A stretch of 64,000 nt of DNA from Schmidtea polychroa (Eukaryota). The DNA lies in NCBI GenBank assembly GCA_044892525.1, contig CM097885.1, forward strand, positions 33,668,001 through 33,732,000, written 5' to 3'. The notes under the pieces are model-generated. The model ran no database searches. It was not told the origin of the DNA and was given only the letters and a program-made list of their open reading frames with translations. Shown piece by piece: positions 59,361 to 64,000 of this stretch. Both the position numbers and the translations under genes were made by a program. Position 1 is the stretch's first letter; each line of letters begins with the position of its first letter.

Positions 59361-60511
59361 GATTAATAAGTCTCCATCTTTGTCATTGTTAATGTTCTGC
59401 TTCGATTAATGTTATTCGTGGCGTAAGAAAAGAGACAAAATCCATAAATTGAGTCTAGTTATGTAGAGTCATCTTTTCTGGTCATTGGATAATTACGGTG
59501 ATTATCACTCACATTTTCTCGTTATAACTCTTTTGCATGTAAATCAAGTAACAAAAATGCGCTCTTCTAATAGCTTCGCGTGAACCTGAAATTTTGATGC
59601 AAGAAAATATGTATTTCTGGCTAGTGTAGTCATTATTTTCGATAGTGCGACTTGAGCAATTCGGGAATAGGAAGCAGATACAAGTGGAAAGCACCAGGTC
59701 GAACAACAGTTCAATACAGCTAGACAATCAGATGAGAATCTCAAGAATGAAGGGATTCACTATGTCTTAGAATACTACGAAACCACAAGCCAGAGACGAA
59801 CGGCCTCGGCTATTGGAACATCCCAATAAATCCGTTCACAGAATCATTAGAAAAGAAAATATAAAACATTTAATATTCGCATAATCTAATTTACAAAAAT
59901 TATTTTAATATATTTCTAATAATGTTGTAGTTAAGACAAGAATTTTTTTATCGAATAAAATATTACCAATGTTTTGTGTATACTGGGATTTAGAGCTGCA
60001 AACGTTTTTTTCGGTTGAGTAGTCAGAGCCTCCCAATTCTCTTCTAAAAACGGTATGATATCTTTTTCTTTGGAAAAATAGACTTTTCCATTATTGATAA
60101 ACATTAAATTTGCTAGTGCTGTTTGACACATACTAGCAAAATTACTTTGTTTTCTAGAAAAAACTTCTTCACAACTTTCATTACATTTTTTGCACATGAA
60201 ATGATATGCAATCATAAAAGGAATAGCCTTGCTAATTATTTATTAAAATTATTCAATATGAGATTTTATTACCCTATTGTAAAACCTATACAGTGTTTGT
60301 GAAACCATTTATTACAATTGCTGCATTGAAAATCTGGAATACTAAAGTCTCTTTGGGTGTTGCTAAAAATATGTTAAACGAGATATTTTAAAGCCAATAT
60401 TAATAACCAGTAACATTGAGGAATAGTAGGCTTTTCAATGACAATTCTTTCAGTTAACAATTTGGAAATTTTTTCGGGATCTAAATCATTCACACGAATG
60501 TTATCAATCAT
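46989..60511 (-). CDS. ASH2L: Set1/MLL (COMPASS) subunit ASH2 / ASH2L
   Basis: Exons 60408-60511, 60273-60362, 59967-60231, 57815-57880, 54843-55147, 51127-51269, 50912-51079, 47616-47845, 47369-47461, 47149-47310, 46989-47096 are phase-consistent. They give a PHD-like finger (CYC..QCSNCNKWFH..CKKC), a winged helix (KEKDIIPFLEENWEAL), YPVDHPFNKDSYRY, a SPRY domain (GDKGYCMIRA, WYFE, ARIGWSQ, NLQAPCGFDKFSY, VNFGP) and a DPY30-binding tail (VEQTVSDMLWLTE). Confidence 0.95.
48311..48870 (-). mobile_element. Internally deleted piggyBac
   Basis: TTAA-CCTTCCT..CCTAAAA / TTTTAGG..AGGAAGG-TTAG; internal Cys-rich C-terminus CSLCSAYICPEH..CSNC. Confidence 0.75.
48900..50460 (+). mobile_element. Unclassified decayed DNA-transposon-like coding remnants in ASH2 intron
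   Basis: Broken ORFs including a C-x4-C-x12-H motif (49728-50075); superfamily not determinable. Confidence 0.3.
51429..52572 (+). mobile_element. Non-autonomous Tc1/mariner element (copy 1)
   Basis: TIR AGGGTGATT(A/C)ATAAGTCTC, TA flanks; near-identical partial copy at 59355-59862. Confidence 0.85.
51840..52298. mobile_element. hAT MITE nested in Tc1/mariner copy
   Basis: TIR CAGGGATTC, 8-bp TSD CTTAGAAC/CTTAGAAT; empty site present at ~59766. Confidence 0.9.
52598..53330 (-). mobile_element. hAT transposase remnant
   Basis: VTAVSASRSFSKLKIIKTYLRN, the hAT dimerisation motif. Confidence 0.7.
53809..54610. mobile_element. pogo/Tigger-like non-autonomous element
   Basis: TA-CAGTAAACCCCGCAATTACGACC / GGTCGTAAGGCGAGGGTCTACTG-TA. 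Confidence 0.8.
58280..58529. mobile_element. hAT/Charlie-like MITE
   Basis: TGGCCAACC / GGTTGGCCA termini, GTGGCCC subterminal motifs, flanking direct repeat GTTTAGAA. Confidence 0.7.
58640..59300 (+). mobile_element. hAT transposase remnant
   Basis: LPVSTCTAGRSFSSLKYLK. Confidence 0.6.
59303..59356. repeat. (TA)n microsatellite
   Basis: Direct inspection. Confidence 0.97.
59355..59862 (+). mobile_element. Non-autonomous Tc1/mariner element (copy 2, truncated) abutting (TA)n
   Basis: High identity to 51429-51839 plus 52299-52395. Confidence 0.85.
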
Positions 60512-60929
60512 TTCAATGCAAATGCAAAATATAGTATTCAAAAAACTTTTCAAAATTGCACAAAATTCAGACAAATTTAAACAACGAAAAATTCTTAATA
60601 TAAATTAAATTATGTTAATTGTAAACAATATGAACTAAAATATCATATACAAAGTTTCAGAATTATATTGAAAAAATCACTTATTTATTTCATTTAATAA
60701 AATAAAGTATAGTTTTATTTTAAATTTATGAAATTAACTTATTATATGAATTTATTATTTGGCAATTATATTCTGTGAGTTCATAAAGAAAATTTGGACA
60801 ATTCAGTTACATAAATTATTATCCATTTCATTGGATCAAAGAAAAATTTACTGTACCAATCGGTTTTATTTTTAGTTTAATTGTTTAATTGCTAAATAAA
60901 TGGTTTCATAAACGCGAATTTCCTCAAAG
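60512..60929. promoter_or_regulatory. Putative bidirectional promoter ASH2L/TRPC
   Basis: Divergent inferred start codons 418 bp apart; ATTGG (~60830) and CCAAT (~60856) boxes in opposite orientations. Confidence 0.55.
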
Positions 60930-61550
60930 ATGTGGGAAATAGAATTAGTATCTAAACAATTGGATAGTTTACGATCTTTGATCGCTGGTAAGAATAAGAA
61001 ATGCACAATAGTTGGTCAAAAACTGCAGTCAGAAAGTGGATTAGTGTTTTCAACACATTTAAAAGACAAGGAGTACATTTACTTAAATGCTGTTGAATTT
61101 GGTGAATATGAAATGGTTCAAAAGATGGTTGAGGATCCTGAAATAAATGTCAACTGTGTTGATTATATGGGGCGAAGCGCTATATTATTAGCAATGAAAA
61201 GCGATAACATGGAAATGATTGAATTACTTTTGGATAAATTGGAATATTGCCTTATTGAAGATGCATTATTAAATGCTATAAGTAACGAAAAAATCAACCT
61301 AGTAAAATTGATAATTGATCACCAAACATTCATCAGAGCAGAAAAGTCACATCAAAGACAACGTTTAAGAATGCAAAATGCAAAAAAGTCTTACCGAAGT
61401 CAATTTTCATCAGATATAACGCCTGTAATGTTAGCTGCTCAAACGAATAATCACGAAATAATTCAATTGCTATTGGACAGAGGTCATGCGCTAGACATGC
61501 CGCATGATATCGGATGCATGTGCCCGCACTGTGAGAAATTAAAAAATGAG
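60930..61550 (+). CDS. TRPC: TRPC (canonical TRP channel) first coding exon: ankyrin repeats plus TRP_2 zinc motif
   Basis: YLNAVEFG, INVNCVDYMGRSAI, DALLNAI, SQFSSDITPVMLAAQTNNHEIIQLLL, PHDIGCMCPHC; donor GAG|gttggt at 61550/61551. Confidence 0.92.
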
Positions 61551-63419
61551 GTTGGTAGAAAGAAATTTCTTAATTTAATATTCCAAATATTAGCATGTTT
61601 TGAAATTTAAAAATTATGAGTATAATGAATAATTAAATAAAATTATTTAATTACGAAACTTTTTTAATTAGTTTATTTTTTAATTATTATTACTGAAAAT
61701 CATCAAATAAATTTAACATTTTGTGTTTAATATAATTAAGATAATTCTGTGGAATTATAAAATTTATTATTTTAAAAATTATTATTATTTTTAATTAATT
61801 TTATATTTATTTTTCATTTTTATGACAATAACATAATTTTATTTAACTTAAATTTAAAGTTTTTGAAATTTTTTATATTTTAATGAAGTATCCACTTTAT
61901 CATTAAAATTAGTAATTATTTATAATTTTATTTCCAGTTTTCTTTGATTCATACTTATCTAAATTTAAATGTTATTAAAAAATTATTATTTGTTATAATT
62001 AAAATAATTCATTTCGTTCTTCATTTCTTTCAAACAATAGATCAATATTTTGTTAAATAGAAAACAAAGCATTTTTTTATAATCTGAAAGAAATAAAGAT
62101 AAACGAAATTATAATTGTAAACATATCCCATGTGAATGAGATAAAGATTTTCGTGAGTTAAATGAAACTGAAGTAATTTTTAACTAAATCTGTCGTTTTA
62201 TTTGAAGTTACAACTTTTCGGTACTAATTATCATTTTTTTCAATTATTCCTTCCTTTGAAAGACCAAGTATTTTAATCTGTATTAGACTCATAAAGGTTG
62301 TGAACTGAAACAAAATGACTTCACTAAAATCTAAATTATTTTTCCTGCTGGTTTATTTTTACATTTTCAACAATCATAAATAACATTTAAAGTTAATAAA
62401 TATTAATGGGTACTAGCTTTTTAATTTCTATTTAATAACTTGTGTATCCTTTTAATAATTTTTTAGATATATCTCTTACAAAATTATAATTTATCAGTAA
62501 AATCTTTTAATTTTTGTTCGCCTTTTATCTGTTTTCTTTTGATGTTTTATTTATTTTCATTATGGCAATAAATGGATTATTATTTAATATTTTAAAATGT
62601 GTAATTAATTCAAAAAAATAATAATTTTCGATGTAAATGTTTTGTTTTATACAAATTTATATCTATGAATATTTGGCATGTCCGATCTTTTACGATAGAC
62701 AATTTAGCAAGGTGGTTTTTCTGCGACAATTATTTTGATGTTTAGAAGACAAATATTACTGTTAGTATATTTGTATTGTCTTATAATTATATGCGTCGCT
62801 GAAATTTAATTTCGCATAATTTACTATCGCGTAAATGGAGTCACGGAAATTCATGTTGCGTAAGATCAACTAAACCGTATATTTATTTTTTTAACCAATG
62901 ACAATTGATAAAGTTAATTTAAAGCGAGCCGCAAATTTTTATACCTAATAGACGTGCCACTCTCAACCGAGATAATTATAGCCTCTCAATTGTTCGTCAA
63001 AATTTACTTACCAGTAAAAAAGAATTCAATCAAGATACATCTCTCAAATGTCACGTATATGCTGAATTAGACTTTATACGCTTGAAAATAATACGTACAT
63101 TGTTTTAACAATTTGTACAATGAAATGGATAGTTGAAGGCACAATATACCATAAAGACAATGAATATTTATATTTGAAAATGCCTACCGAAATCATTCCT
63201 TCTGGTTATAAGTTTAAGTTAAAAAATATCTTCAAACTTATTTTGTCTTACTTTTATACTATGGCACCGTGCATCCCCTTTTAATTATTATTTTACACCC
63301 TGGGTTACCCAAACACTGATGTATATATATATGTATATAAATTATTAAATAGCAAAAAATATTTGGAAACTATAGATTAGATTTTATCATAGTAGTCGTC
63401 GGTTCGTTCTTCATTGTAG

Positions 63420-64000
63420 ATTTATCAATTTGTGTGGCGGTGTAAAGTTCTGCAATATAGTGGATAAGTTATGTAAGTTTGACACTGTTCTGCATGGTTT
63501 TTCGTGTCTGATAGATTCCACCCATAGGTGACTAAGTAATATGAGCTTCGTTTTGGCACAGCATCCCAGATTGTTTCAAAACAGAGTCTCTTTGTTTTAA
63601 GTAATCCATTTGATTCATTATCTGCCTTAGAGAGATACAACAATAACAGAATAAATACAAAGTTAAGTATGGACAGACATGATATATAAAGTTGCATTTC
63701 ACATTTCATTGACGCGTGGTTAACCAGGAAAAGCCATGCATAGACCACTTGCAAAACTGGAGTTGGATTGGAGCAAATGTTTGCCCTTTGGAATTACTAT
63801 GGTTTGGAAAGAGCCCATCAATCACTTCGATGACTTCTATTTCTGTATGGTGAATGTGACAGGATTCCAAAAGTAAAAAACATCTCATCCATTAATCTTC
63901 AGCATCATCGCCATAACCTCATTCTTAAAATATTCTGATCCATTCTACACCAAATTTGTCTGCTAAATATGAAACCACAGACCAAGTTTACAAGAAACTG
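63420..64000 (-). mobile_element. Probable piggyBac transposase C-terminal remnant
   Basis: KWSMHGFSW resembles the PGBD KW..F.W motif, followed by a Cys/His-rich tail; heavily frameshifted. Confidence 0.4.

Overview
Very AT-rich eukaryotic (metazoan) genomic DNA with tiny GT-AG introns (36-60 nt), long (AAT)n arrays and dense decayed transposons. A freshwater planarian-type flatworm is my inference from composition only. Host genes reconstructed by hand: a 7+-exon CIMAP2/LEXM-like PGPG-repeat gene (minus, 21238 to 4617 or beyond), a Sox HMG-box gene with an unusual IPMNAF motif, a 2-exon C2H2 zinc-finger gene with an eh1-like motif, an 11-exon ASH2L gene (minus) and, head-to-head with it, the first exon of a TRPC channel. 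Introns and spacers hold a Penelope-like retroelement, a Ty3/gypsy LTR element, and pogo/Tigger, mariner, hAT and piggyBac elements or MITEs. The most notable signals are four. (1) Three families of minimal hammerhead-ribozyme motifs sit in Penelope-type terminal repeats, one with a compensatory U3-A8 core; they occur in palindromes and run into (TTA)n arrays. (2) A ~0.73 kb TSD-flanked insert in the Penelope RT carries an intronless WD40 (WDR27-like) gene fragment and a GC-rich hairpin. (3) An unexplained ~5.5-6 kb GC-richer island contains one intact orphan ORF and several decayed ORFs. (4) A duplicated LTR-end/PBS fuses a foreign leader onto gag.
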